Below, in pieces: positions 1-9,734 of a stretch of DNA of 64,000 bases. A program made the position numbers and the translations under genes. Origin of the DNA: Limisphaerales bacterium. Its GTDB lineage: Bacteria; Verrucomicrobiota; Verrucomicrobiia; Limisphaerales; SIBE01. The notes under the pieces are model-generated. The model was given only the letters and a program-made list of their open reading frames with translations. It made no database searches and was not told the DNA's origin. The stretch's first letter is position 1. Each line of letters begins with the position of its first letter. Location of the stretch: the NCBI GenBank assembly GCA_044225505.1, contig JBGAIN010000022.1, positions 1 to 64,000 on the forward strand, given 5' to 3'.

Positions 1-69
1 CGCGCGTTCGAAGACGCGCTGCGCGAGATGCAAGCCAACCGCTGGGCGGCAGGGCTGTACCCGATGTAA
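1..69 (+). CDS. 3' end of a CDS entering from the left edge (…RAFEDALREMQANRWAAGLYPM*)
   Basis: Frame +1 is open from base 1 to TAA at 67-69 with GC-rich codons; the product cannot be identified. Confidence 0.55.
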   Translation, partial: RAFEDALREMQANRWAAGLYPM

Positions 70-350
70 TCTCGACGTTCCTGACAGGGAGCTTGCCACA
101 GACGAGTTGGTGAATGCCGTAATCGCCCGTGATCGAGATGTTACACGTTGCGTCGTATCCAACGTGCTCAGGAATTTCAGATAATATTTTCCAAGTTGCC
201 TAGTCGGTTTCGAAAAAGGTTTGGAATTTCGGTTATTTATTTTCCGACGCCTCGACGTAAGTGCTTCATCATCAGTCGAAGAATTTTGAGTAATTATTTT
301 TCAGGAACACATTGCTGCCTGGTTGGCGGTTTGCCGGCTGCGTGTTCCCT

Positions 351-385
351 TCGGGGTCGGTATCGGCATCGGTATCGGTATCGTT
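351..385. repeat. Degenerate hexamer tandem repeat (TCGGTA)n
   Basis: tcgggg-tcggta-tcggca-tcggta-tcggta-tcgtt; a second hexamer run gagtaa-gagcac-gatcac-gatcaa lies at about 653-676. Confidence 0.7.
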
Positions 386-535
386 CCTGGATACGATGTA
401 ATCGTCCGATTCGTCGTGTAACGTGTCGGCGTGGTGCCCGAGTTTCGTCAGCATCGGGCGTGGCAGAGCGGCAGAGTGGCAGCGGCGTCTCGCTTCCGCT
501 ATTGGCGCAAATCGTTCCTTCCCAAGCGGCAGGGC

Positions 536-554
536 CGGTGACAATTTGTCACCG
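536..554. promoter_or_regulatory. Palindrome CGGTGACAA-T-TTGTCACCG (member of a dispersed family)
   Basis: Perfect 9-1-9 inverted repeat; related copies at 9678, 21925 and 57724. Confidence 0.6.
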
Positions 555-748
555 TAGTCCGATTTCAGACTCCAGCAAAGGCTTTCCAGGAGTGGTGAGA
601 GCCCTCCGGCGCCTTGGTGGGAGGCGTCAACCCAGACGGTGGCGGGACGGAGGAGTAAGAGCACGATCACGATCAAGGCCGGAAACGTCAGCTTTTTCCG
701 CTTGCGGATGTTCCGCACGAAACGGCCAGCTGACCCTGGGTTGCTTTT

Positions 749-843
749 AGCTTCACCAGACTTGATTCGAGCTTCGTTCGACAAATGTCGTAGGAAGCCT
801 GCGGAAGGCCGAACGAAGCCTGAACGAAGCCCGGACCAGCCCC
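749..843. repeat. 10-11-bp-phased inverted repeat array (GAACGAAGCC-like) around the palindrome CGACAAATGTCG
   Basis: GAAG cores at 794, 804, 815 and 826; inverted CTT cores at 751, 761 and 772; GCTTCGTTC (771-779) is the reverse complement of GAACGAAGC (811-819, 822-830). Confidence 0.5.
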
Positions 844-1018
844 GGTTGAGTAAGCTTGGACTGGTGGAAGAAGCAGCAAAAGAGAGTGACTGCTGTGGCG
901 CTGTGGGTCGAACTCAGCGGCAGCCACGGAGGCCAGAAATTGGCCGTATACCTCGCCTCCCTCCTTGGGGATGGCGTTGAGGCTCGAATCTGCTTCGGAC
1001 GGGGCGGAGGGGGAGGGC

Positions 1019-1753
1019 CTAAACCGAGTGGGGTCGCATGAGTCGCTGGGTGTATCCTCGCTCTACTAAATGCTTAAACGCGTCGTTCGCTGCCTGGGAT
1101 ACGGGTTGCTCAGTTTGGTAGCCGAGTTTTGGATACTCCAGGACGCGTTGAAAGTCACCGACCACGATCGAGATCACCTCGGCCAACGTCATGCCTGGCG
1201 GCGCCAGCTCTTCCAGGGTCTGAGGCGGTGCGGTGACCAGCACTTCGACTTCAGGCCAGGCTTTCTGGAAGGTAGCACGGACGCGCAAGCCCATGAACGG
1301 TTTTTGCACAGCGATCACGCGTTGGGCGCGAATGCTCCGAGAATCGAGGAGGGCGCGCGAGAACCGGACGTTTTCCCCGGTGTTGCGAGACTCTTTCTCG
1401 AGGAGAATGGCCTCCGTGGGAACGCCACAGCGTTGAGCGATGTCGCCAAAAACCTCTGCTTCGCTGGCCGTAAAGCGCCCGGTCGTGTTGGCTCCTTCCT
1501 TACCAGAAAATACCACGTGGGGCGCGAGGCGCGCGTGATACAACTCGGCCGCATACTCCGCCACGCGCGTATCGTAGCTGCACAGGACGATCATCACGTC
1601 CGCGCGAGCCAGCGGATCCTTGACGCGTTGCGCTTCCAAGAGGACGCGGGCCTGAACGAGATCATCCTGCGACAGACCGGGCAGTGGCCCTTCCAAAGAG
1701 TTCCCCGGCAGCTTGGACGGCATCATGCGTTTGGCGAGATCATTCACTCCCAT
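1019..1753 (-). CDS. YdcF/DUF218 family protein
   Basis: Motifs 'ADVMIVLCSYD', 'VVFSGKEG', 'ESRNTGENVRFS' and 'VQKPFM.LRV.ATF'. Start moved to ATG 1753 because the ORF-track start overlaps the upstream kinase. Confidence 0.85.
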   Translation of the reverse strand: MGVNDLAKRMMPSKLPGNSLEGPLPGLSQDDLVQARVLLEAQRVKDPLARADVMIVLCSYDTRVAEYAAELYHARLAPHVVFSGKEGANTTGRFTASEAEVFGDIAQRCGVPTEAILLEKESRNTGENVRFSRALLDSRSIRAQRVIAVQKPFMGLRVRATFQKAWPEVEVLVTAPPQTLEELAPPGMTLAEVISIVVGDFQRVLEYPKLGYQTEQPVSQAANDAFKHLVERGYTQRLMRPHSV

Positions 1754-1796
1754 CCCGAGCCGGCCGAGCCGAGAGTGCGGGGTTTGCTTCTTTAAT

Positions 1797-4700
1797 TCAC
1801 CTCGCGATTTTGGCTCCCTGATCCAGGCACGTTCTAACCGCGTCGGCCAGGACTTGGACTTCGTAAGGTTTGGGCAAATAGACCACACCGGCTTTATCGA
1901 TGGCACTCATCTGGGCGATTTCTGCGCTATAGCCGCTGGAGATAATGGCTTTCAGACCCGGCTTGACGGCTCGCAGCTGTTCGGTGAGTTCCAGGCCCGT
2001 CATGCCTTCGGGCATGACCATATCCGTCAGGAGCAGGTCGATCTCAGAATCGAGTTTCTGCCAGAGCTTTATGGCGTCGCGTCCATTTTCGGCCTCATAA
2101 ACAGTATAGCCAAGCGTCCGCAACGCGAGTGCGACCAACTGGCGCACCCGGACCTGGTCCTCCACCACCAGGATCGTCTCTTTGCCGTTCCGAGCCCGCA
2201 GTTTCTCTTGGGGAACGGGCAATTCCCTTTCTGACCGAGCCAAAGTGGGCAAGTAGACTGCAAAAGTGGTCCCGTTCCCGACGGCACTGTCGACTTCCAC
2301 CCAGCCTTTATGCTGAGTCACGATGCCGTGCACGGTGGCCAAACCGAGGCCGGTTCCGCGTCCCGCTTCCTTGGTGGTAAAGAATGGCTCAAAAATGCGT
2401 GCTAACGTTTCCGTATCCATGCCGCATCCGGTATCGGAAACGGCCAGGCAAACGAACTGGCCCGGACGACGACTGCTGCCCGGCTGTGCTTCAGCGGGGG
2501 AGAAGCTAGCCACGCGGGTGCTGATGGTGATTTTGCCGCCTTGGGGCATGGCATCGCGCGCGTTGACCACGAGGTTCATCAATACCTGTTCCAGCATGCC
2601 CGCGTCCGCTTCGACCAGCGGCAGAGAAGCTCTGTTGCCCAGTTCCAGATTGATATGTTCGCCGATCAACCGGCGCAGCATTTTCAGCAGATTCTCCACG
2701 ACTTCATCGAGATCCAGCGGCTTCACGTCCATGACCGCTCGGCGGCTAAACATGAGAAGTTGGCGCGTCAGGCTGGCCGCGCGTCGGGCTTCCTCTTCCA
2801 TTTCGCGCAAGCCATCGCGGGCTTCGCGATCCAAGGACGGATGCATCTGGAGCAAATTGAGTTGCATCATGACGGCGGCCAGGATGTTGTTGAAGTCGTG
2901 AGCCACGCCGCCGGCGAGCTGCCCGATGCCCTCCAATTTCTGTGCTTGCCGAAGAGCTCCTTCGGTTTCTTTTAACCGGGTAATGTCGAGAAAAGTTCCG
3001 ATACATTTCACGGGCTTTCCCGGAGTGACCTTGTCCAAGGCGGCAATTTGGCGAACCCACTTGGTCTTGCGCCCGGCGAGGATCCGATGCTCCAAGTCAA
3101 ACGAAACACCGTTGGACAAATCCTGCCAGGCCCGGTTGACCAACGCGCGGTCGTCCGGATGGATGCAAGCGGCGAATTCCTCGGGTGTCGTAGGTGCGGA
3201 AGTCCGGTCAAAGATTCGGCAGGTTTCCGTGGACCAGCTGAGGTGATAGGGATTGAGGGCCAGGTGCCAACTGCCCAAGTTGGCAAGTCCCTGAGCCGCT
3301 TCCAGCTTGGCCTCGCTTTTCCGGAGCGACTCTTCCGCGCGTCGCTGGCCGATAGCGATGCTCGCTAACCTCAGGACATTTTCGACCCAGCGGAATTCCT
3401 CCTCCGTTGGCAGGCACGGTTTGGAACAGTAAACTGCCAGGACACCGAAAGGCTCTCCATCTGCCGATAAAACGGGCAGGGACCAGCAAGCGCGTAGCCC
3501 GGCCTGGTGCGCCAAGTGACGGAACTTCGTCCAGTAGCTGTGGGTTTCGATATCCTCTACCAACACGATCTGTTTGGTTGCGACGGCCGCGCCGCACGAT
3601 CCGGCGGTCGGTGCGATGAGCAGTCCATCAAGCGCTTCCACGTAGAAGCGTGGCAACTTTGGGGCCGCGCCCCAAACCAGGCGTGAGCGTGTCTCATCGA
3701 CCAGCATGACGCTGCCTCGCCAATCGGCGCGGCCGAGTTCCAGGACGTTTACGATGGAAACCAACACGTCCCCCAGGGGTGCACCTGTGGCCAGTTGGTG
3801 CAGGACCTGAAACTGCAACCGGTCCATTTCTTCCTGCCGCCGGCGCTGGCTGATGTCGCTGAATGTGACCACGGCCCCGGCGACTTTTCCTTGTTCCACG
3901 ATGGGGCGACTGGCGTATTCGACGGGGAAGCTGCTGCCGTCTTTTCGCCAGAAAACATCCGTCGACATATGCTCCACGGCTTTTCCGTCAAAAGTCGTCC
4001 GGATCAGGCAAGTCTCCAGGGGGTAGGGGCTGCCGTCTGGACAACTGTGATGCCAAGTGGCATGGGCTGGGAGCGCCAAGAGTTCTTCGATCGTGTAGCC
4101 TAGCATCGCCGCCGCTGCTGGATTGACGAACGTATGTCGGTCCTGGAGATCCAACCCAAGAATCCCCTCCGCCGCGGAAAGGAGGATAAGCTCGTTTTGG
4201 CGGTGGAGATGCGCCAAAGATTGCTCAGCTTCATGGTGCTCCGTGATGTCGCGGCTGATGCCTAGAATCCCGAGCAACTCCCCCGCTGGCCCTCGGTACG
4301 GGGTCTTGAGCGTGTCCACCAGGCGCCGCCGTCCATTCGGATGGGTGACCCATTCTTCATCGTGACGTGGCGTGAGCGACTCGAGCACGGTTTGATCATG
4401 TTTCCGGAAGGCCTCGGCGACCTCCGGAGCGAAGAGTTCGTGGTCCGTCCGACCCACAATTTCCTCTCGAGGACGCCCGACCAGCTCCGCAAAGGCCGGG
4501 TTGCAGCCCAGGTAAACGCCGTGGAGGTCTTTGTAGAAGACGAGATCTGGGATCGAATCCAGCAGCGACCGGATCAGGCTGCCTTGGTGTCGAATCTTGT
4601 CCTCGGCTTGCTGGCGGTCGGTGATATCCAAAGTGGCGCCGCAATACCGCGTCAGCTTGCCGGTTTCATCGAAATGGGGAACGGCGCGCTCATACACAAC

Positions 4701-6140
4701 CCGGACGGTGCCGTCGGGCCGCACGATGCGATGCTCCAGTTCGTAGATGGCGCCTTGGCGCAACGCCGTGCCAAACCGCTCGTTGAGGAGCGCCGCGTCA
4801 TCGGGATGGATATGATTGGCCAGCATCGCCTCATAGGTCGGCGAGGGTCCGCTGGGATCCAGTCCATAGATGCGGTACTCTTCCTCGGACCAGATCGTCG
4901 TTTGGGTATCCACGACATATTCAAAACTGCCCACATGAGCGACTTTCTGTGCTTTGGATAAAAGTTGGCTCATCCGAGCCAACTCCTCCTGCGCACGTTT
5001 ACGCTCGGTAACGTCCCGGACCAACGCCAGGAAACGGCGCGTCCCTTGCATCTCAAAACAACCAAAGTGAATCTCGACGGGGAAGATCGAGCCATCTTTC
5101 CGTCGGTGGCGGCGTTCCAACACGATGGCTTCGCCCGGACGATGCGTCTCCCAGGGCATCTGGGCCCAAGTCTCATCAAACTCGGCGTCTACATCGGAGA
5201 CGCGCATGCGAAGCAGTTCGCCTCGGCTGTAACCGAGGCTGTCGCAGGCGCGTTTGTTTACTTCCAGGAAACGGCCTGAAAGATCGTGGACCACCACGGC
5301 ATCGGCGGCTTGCTCGACGTAGGTTCGAAACCTTTCTTCGCTAGCGCGGAGAGCTTCCTGCGTTTGGGTGCGTTCGGTGATATCCACCATCGAACAGAGC
5401 ATGGCGCGTCGGCCTTTGAACTGAATCGAACTGGCACTGACTTCCATGGACCTCAACGTTCCGTCTTTCCGTCGATGAACCGACGGGTCTAGCTTGCCTT
5501 CTTGCGGTCCGCCGTTTTCCAGGAGGGTGATCCGAGTTTCAGGCGACTGTGCGCCCGGGCAAATATCGCGCACAGTCATCGTCAGAAATTCTGCGGCGGA
5601 CCAACCGTAATGTTGGACGGCCCGTTCGTTCACCGCCAGAAACCCCAGGGTCGTATCATCGTAGACCCACATCGGGTTTGGATTGGCGGCGAAGAGCAAA
5701 CGGTACTGCTGCTCACTCGCGCGCAGTTCCTCTTCCAATTGCTTGCGCTCGATTCGCAACCGCCAGGCCTGCAAGGCACGGTCAACGATATGACCCATAT
5801 CCGCAAATACCGCGGGCGATTTGACCACATAATCCATGGCACCGCGCTGGATGGAGGCGACCGCCAGCTTCTCGTCGCCATGGCTGGTCATAACCACGAT
5901 AGGAAGCGCGCCACTCTCAGGAGGGGACGTGAGCAGGCTCTCGGCGCGGCCGTCGGGCAAGATCAGATCGAGCAGGACCAAATCGGGCGCGAACCGCTCT
6001 GCGGCACGCGCAAATTCGCCGAGAGTCCCGACCACATGAGCTTGGATCGGCGGAACCGCTTGGGCAAGCGAGCGGCTAATCGCTCGGGCATGCGGCGGTT
6101 CATCTTCCACGATGAGCACTTTGACGGGGGGAGTATTCAT
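1797..6140 (-). CDS. Hybrid sensor histidine kinase (REC-multiple PAS/PAC-GAF-PAS-HisKA-HATPase-REC)
   Basis: N-terminal 'VLIVEDE…DLVLLDL', H-box 'GGVAHDFNNIL', 'FFTTKEAGRGTGLGL', C-terminal 'ILVVEDQ…LLLTDMVMP'. Confidence 0.95.
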   Translation of the reverse strand: MNTPPVKVLIVEDEPPHARAISRSLAQAVPPIQAHVVGTLGEFARAAERFAPDLVLLDLILPDGRAESLLTSPPESGALPIVVMTSHGDEKLAVASIQRGAMDYVVKSPAVFADMGHIVDRALQAWRLRIERKQLEEELRASEQQYRLLFAANPNPMWVYDDTTLGFLAVNERAVQHYGWSAAEFLTMTVRDICPGAQSPETRITLLENGGPQEGKLDPSVHRRKDGTLRSMEVSASSIQFKGRRAMLCSMVDITERTQTQEALRASEERFRTYVEQAADAVVVHDLSGRFLEVNKRACDSLGYSRGELLRMRVSDVDAEFDETWAQMPWETHRPGEAIVLERRHRRKDGSIFPVEIHFGCFEMQGTRRFLALVRDVTERKRAQEELARMSQLLSKAQKVAHVGSFEYVVDTQTTIWSEEEYRIYGLDPSGPSPTYEAMLANHIHPDDAALLNERFGTALRQGAIYELEHRIVRPDGTVRVVYERAVPHFDETGKLTRYCGATLDITDRQQAEDKIRHQGSLIRSLLDSIPDLVFYKDLHGVYLGCNPAFAELVGRPREEIVGRTDHELFAPEVAEAFRKHDQTVLESLTPRHDEEWVTHPNGRRRLVDTLKTPYRGPAGELLGILGISRDITEHHEAEQSLAHLHRQNELILLSAAEGILGLDLQDRHTFVNPAAAAMLGYTIEELLALPAHATWHHSCPDGSPYPLETCLIRTTFDGKAVEHMSTDVFWRKDGSSFPVEYASRPIVEQGKVAGAVVTFSDISQRRRQEEMDRLQFQVLHQLATGAPLGDVLVSIVNVLELGRADWRGSVMLVDETRSRLVWGAAPKLPRFYVEALDGLLIAPTAGSCGAAVATKQIVLVEDIETHSYWTKFRHLAHQAGLRACWSLPVLSADGEPFGVLAVYCSKPCLPTEEEFRWVENVLRLASIAIGQRRAEESLRKSEAKLEAAQGLANLGSWHLALNPYHLSWSTETCRIFDRTSAPTTPEEFAACIHPDDRALVNRAWQDLSNGVSFDLEHRILAGRKTKWVRQIAALDKVTPGKPVKCIGTFLDITRLKETEGALRQAQKLEGIGQLAGGVAHDFNNILAAVMMQLNLLQMHPSLDREARDGLREMEEEARRAASLTRQLLMFSRRAVMDVKPLDLDEVVENLLKMLRRLIGEHINLELGNRASLPLVEADAGMLEQVLMNLVVNARDAMPQGGKITISTRVASFSPAEAQPGSSRRPGQFVCLAVSDTGCGMDTETLARIFEPFFTTKEAGRGTGLGLATVHGIVTQHKGWVEVDSAVGNGTTFAVYLPTLARSERELPVPQEKLRARNGKETILVVEDQVRVRQLVALALRTLGYTVYEAENGRDAIKLWQKLDSEIDLLLTDMVMPEGMTGLELTEQLRAVKPGLKAIISSGYSAEIAQMSAIDKAGVVYLPKPYEVQVLADAVRTCLDQGAKIAR

Positions 6141-6181
6141 TCGTGAAGGGATGACTCAAGATAAGGCTTCGCGATGCGCGG

Positions 6182-6643
6182 TCAAGGCTCGGACGACGTG
6201 GTACCTGGGAAGGGGTATTGGTTCCACGCTAGCCAATAAAACCCGAAGGCGTTCAGAAGCTCGGTAAACTTCCCGAAATCCACCGGCTTTTCCAAGTAGC
6301 TGCCCGCCCCGTTGGTATAGGCCGCGACCAGGTCACTCTCGGCATTGGAGGTTGTCAGCACAACCACTGGGATGGAGCAAAGGCTGGGATTCGCTTTCAT
6401 CCGGCGCAAAACTTCCAGGCCATCGACTTTGGGCATGCGCAAGTCGAGCAGGACCAGGTCAGGACGGGTGGCAGTCGTAGCGTACTCATTCTGACCGAGC
6501 AGATAGTCTAGGGCAGCCTGGCCATCTTCCACGTGCGTCATGCGATTCGCGACACGGAAGTGAGCCAGGTTGCGTTGCACAATCCGAGCGTGTCCCGGGT
6601 CATCCTCGACGAGAAGAACGTGAATAGGGCGTCCTTGGACCAT
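6182..6643 (-). CDS. Single-domain response regulator (Rcp1-like)
   Basis: 'VLLVEDD', 'PDLVLLDLRMPKVDG', 'VVVLTTS', 'YLEKPVDF' and the C-terminal 'FYWL' typical of this subfamily. Confidence 0.93.
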   Translation of the reverse strand: MVQGRPIHVLLVEDDPGHARIVQRNLAHFRVANRMTHVEDGQAALDYLLGQNEYATTATRPDLVLLDLRMPKVDGLEVLRRMKANPSLCSIPVVVLTTSNAESDLVAAYTNGAGSYLEKPVDFGKFTELLNAFGFYWLAWNQYPFPGTTSSEP

Positions 6644-6648
6644 AGAAT

Positions 6649-8925
6649 TCAGGAGTTAGAAGGTAACGATGGCGTTTGACTCAGCGTAAAGCAAAACTTC
6701 GTGCCTTGGCCCACGCCCGCGGATTCGGCCCAGATCCGTCCGCCGTGGACTTCAATGATGCGCCGGACCATGGCCAGGCCAATCCCCGTGCCAGGCAGCC
6801 CAGGATGGAGCTTTTCGAATAGGCCGAAAAGCTTGTCGCGATGGCGCGGGTCAATGCCCAGGCCATTGTCGCGCACAAAAAAGACCGTCTCATGGCCGGT
6901 CTGTTCTGTTCCCACCTCGATTCGGGGCGCGGGTTGGGCTCCCAGGAACTTGACCGCGTTATCCAAAAGGTTCTGGAACACTTCAACCAGGCGTTGGCGG
7001 TCGACACAAACGCACAGGGGGGATTCGGCCACCACAACCTGCACGCCCCGTTCCGCCACGGCTCCGGCGACCAGTTCGAGCGCTTCTTTGACCAGCTCGG
7101 TCCAAGGCACTTGTTCGAAGGTGTTCATCTTCCGCCCGATGCGTGACAACTCCAGAAGTTCCTCGAGGAGTGTGGTCATTTTCTCTGCGGCGCGGTGAAT
7201 ATAATCCAGATCCTCGCGGATTTGTGTCTGGTCCCCGGTCTTGATGTCCTGCTCCAGATAGCCGGCAAAGGTTCGAATGGTCACGAGTGGACTTTTCAGG
7301 TCATGGGAAACCGTGTAGGTGAATCGGAGCAGCTCCTCGTTACGCTTTTTCAAGTCCTCTTCCGCGCGAATCCGTTCGGTGATCTCCACTCCTACGCCAC
7401 CGACGTAGCGCGCTCCTGACACATCTGTAAAAACGAATTTGTTATTCAACCAAAAGGAGACAATGCCTTCTGACTCACGGGTCCGCTCAATCACTTCGAT
7501 CGGCTTCCCGCTCGTCAGCGCCTGCAGGTCGTTTCGTCGAAACTCCTCCGCAATCTCGCGTGGCCAGAGCTCGGCGTCCGTCTTGCCCTTCCAATCCTCG
7601 AACTGCACCTGAAAGCGCCGCTGAAAGCTATCGCTCAAGAAAACATGTCTTCCCGCTTCGTCTTTAATCCAGGCGATGACGACGGTGCTATTGAGGAAGG
7701 CGAGCAACCGCTGTTCCGAGCTTTGGAGCGCTTCCCGCACCTTCTTTTGCTCGGTGATATCCGTGTTGGTCCCAAACCACCGGTAGACCTTGCCAGACGC
7801 ATCTTTGACTGGCATCACGCGCGTGAGAAACCAGCGGTATTCCCCATTCCCACCCCGGAGGGGAAACTCCATTTCAAAGGGTTCGCCCGTTTCAAGAGAA
7901 GCGCGCCAGCGCTCCACGACTAAGGTGAGCGTTTCCGGATGGTGCACGGCCTGCCAGCCCCAGCCATCCATTTGCTCCGAGGTAGTGCCCGTATACTCGT
8001 ACCACCGCCGGTTATACCAGAATATCCAACCTTGTTCGTTCGCCAACCATGCCAATTGACTGATGTTGTCTGCCAGGGTGTGGAATTTAGCCTCACTCTC
8101 CCGTAACGCTTCCTCCGCTTGTTTCCGCTCGGTAATGTCCTGCACGAATCCGTGCCACAGGATGCTGCCGTCGGGGTCTCGGCGAGGCACGGAATGACCT
8201 TCCACCCAGCGCTCACCTTTTTCCGGATGCCGCACCCGGAACACATCGCGCCAGGGCTGCATGGTGAGGGCCGATTCGCCGATGCTCTTTTGCAGCTGCG
8301 CCCGGTCGTCCGGGTGGATCCGCACCAAGATCGGTGAGAAATCCTCCCGCACATCCTCGGGCCGTAGTCCGTAAAGTTCCCGGATTGCCTCCGTGGCGAA
8401 GGGCATGCTGGCGGAACCGTCCGGTTTCAATTTAAACGAGCAGATCAACCCAGGCACGGTGGCGGCAACTTTGGTGAACTGGTCCTGCAGTTCCAGTTGC
8501 TGGTGCAGGGTTTCTTTTGCCTGTTTGCGCTCGGTGATATCCTCCATCACCCCGTCTGCGCCTAGAACCGTCCCGAGTTTGTCATAGCGACCCTGGCCAC
8601 GAATGCATAACCAATGAACGCTTCCATCAGGCCACGTGGTTCGGCATTCCACCTGACCACGGTTCCGGTCCGCCAGTGCGGTCCGCAACGCGGACTCAAC
8701 CTGTGATCGATCGTCGGGATGCAGCATCCCAAGGAAGGTTTGGTAGCTGATGGGTCTTGTCAGCGGCTGTCCGACGAGTATCGCTGCATTCTCCGAACAG
8801 GAAATCTGCGAGGTGGAAAGCTCCCAGTGCCAAGTCGCCAAGCCAGCCGCAGCAAGGGCATTCCGAAGACAGCCCTCGTCGTTCTCAGGCACTGCTTCGG
8901 TCTTCTCACCGCGCTCCGCTTTCAT
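6649..8925 (-). CDS. Cytoplasmic multi-PAS histidine kinase (Cph1/COG4251-type transmitter)
   Basis: Four PAS/PAC units, H-box 'FTYTVSHDLKSPL', 'FQNLLDNAVKF', 'GTGIGLA'; no transmembrane helix. Confidence 0.93.
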   Translation of the reverse strand: MKAERGEKTEAVPENDEGCLRNALAAAGLATWHWELSTSQISCSENAAILVGQPLTRPISYQTFLGMLHPDDRSQVESALRTALADRNRGQVECRTTWPDGSVHWLCIRGQGRYDKLGTVLGADGVMEDITERKQAKETLHQQLELQDQFTKVAATVPGLICSFKLKPDGSASMPFATEAIRELYGLRPEDVREDFSPILVRIHPDDRAQLQKSIGESALTMQPWRDVFRVRHPEKGERWVEGHSVPRRDPDGSILWHGFVQDITERKQAEEALRESEAKFHTLADNISQLAWLANEQGWIFWYNRRWYEYTGTTSEQMDGWGWQAVHHPETLTLVVERWRASLETGEPFEMEFPLRGGNGEYRWFLTRVMPVKDASGKVYRWFGTNTDITEQKKVREALQSSEQRLLAFLNSTVVIAWIKDEAGRHVFLSDSFQRRFQVQFEDWKGKTDAELWPREIAEEFRRNDLQALTSGKPIEVIERTRESEGIVSFWLNNKFVFTDVSGARYVGGVGVEITERIRAEEDLKKRNEELLRFTYTVSHDLKSPLVTIRTFAGYLEQDIKTGDQTQIREDLDYIHRAAEKMTTLLEELLELSRIGRKMNTFEQVPWTELVKEALELVAGAVAERGVQVVVAESPLCVCVDRQRLVEVFQNLLDNAVKFLGAQPAPRIEVGTEQTGHETVFFVRDNGLGIDPRHRDKLFGLFEKLHPGLPGTGIGLAMVRRIIEVHGGRIWAESAGVGQGTKFCFTLSQTPSLPSNS

Positions 8926-9037
8926 TCAACGCTTCTCCGCTGCTAGTCAAATGTTTAAGACATTTTAATGCCAGAAGCAAACAGATACGTTCCGAGCTTG
9001 ATTGTGAAAAGGAGTGCCAATAATCCTCGGTCCGACT

Positions 9038-9406
9038 ATGAACAACACCGAGAACGCCGTCAGCATCCATCCCTATTTCAAGATCCATCCCGGCAAATTG
9101 GATGCCGTCAAAGCTCTCCTGCCTGCTTTTATTCGGAAGACAGCCACCGAGAAGCAGAATCTGTATTACGGCTTTTCGTTGAGCGGAGATATCCTCTTTT
9201 GTCGGGAAGCCTACGTCGACGCGGACGCCTTGCTCGCGCACGTGGAGAACGTCGGGCTGGAATTGGGGCAGATGCTTACGCTGGCGAACGTCGAGCGGGT
9301 CGAGGTGCATGGGCCAGCGGCGGAATTGGACAAGTTGCGCGGCCCGTTGGCGAGTTTGAAACCGACTTGGTTTACGTGGCTGGGGGGCGTTAGTCGAGGA
9401 CTCTGA
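9038..9406 (+). CDS. ABM/putative quinol monooxygenase-like dimeric alpha/beta barrel protein
   Basis: 'IHPYFKIHPGK', 'LYYGFS', 'CREAYVDADALLAHVENV'. Confidence 0.75.
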   Translation: MNNTENAVSIHPYFKIHPGKLDAVKALLPAFIRKTATEKQNLYYGFSLSGDILFCREAYVDADALLAHVENVGLELGQMLTLANVERVEVHGPAAELDKLRGPLASLKPTWFTWLGGVSRGL

Positions 9407-9478
9407 GCGGGGAACCGTAGCGATAAGGTTCGGTAAGACGTCGCGCTTTCAGGATGTGGGAAAGTGGTCATCAGCCGG

Positions 9479-9497
9479 TGTCCACAATTTGTGGACA
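9479..9497. promoter_or_regulatory. Palindrome TGTCCACAA-T-TTGTGGACA
   Basis: Perfect 9-1-9 inverted repeat in intergenic DNA; same ACAATTTGT core as the palindrome at 536. Confidence 0.5.
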
Positions 9498-9677
9498 GGG
9501 ACTCAAACACCTCTACCAGAGCGCTTTAAGCGCCCGTATGTCCGGGTTAGGCGGATGAGAGCAAATTGCTCCTGGATTCACCCTTGGAACGGCTGATGCC
9601 AGAGAAACAAACGGCCTGGACTTGTCGAGGGCTGGGAGCAGGATAGGTAATGCTTGCTGGACAACGGTTTAGGTGCC

Positions 9678-9695
9678 TGGTGACAAATGTCACCA
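9678..9695. promoter_or_regulatory. Palindrome TGGTGACA-AA-TGTCACCA
   Basis: 8-2-8 inverted repeat of the same GGTGAC…GTCACC family. Confidence 0.55.
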
Positions 9696-9734
9696 CACTT
9701 CCATGGCGAGAGGTTTGAGCCCCCCAGGCGAATC

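Noticed and set aside
148..980. ORFs 148-750(+), 272-784(-) and 639-980(+)
   Set aside because: Their distinctive tracts (RYRHRYRYR, DTDTDADTD, LIVIVLLLL) are translations of the hexamer repeats; no family motif is recognisable.
9479..9497. DnaA-box pair / oriC
   Set aside because: Only two mismatched TGTCCACA boxes, with no AT-rich unwinding element and no dnaA/dnaN context.
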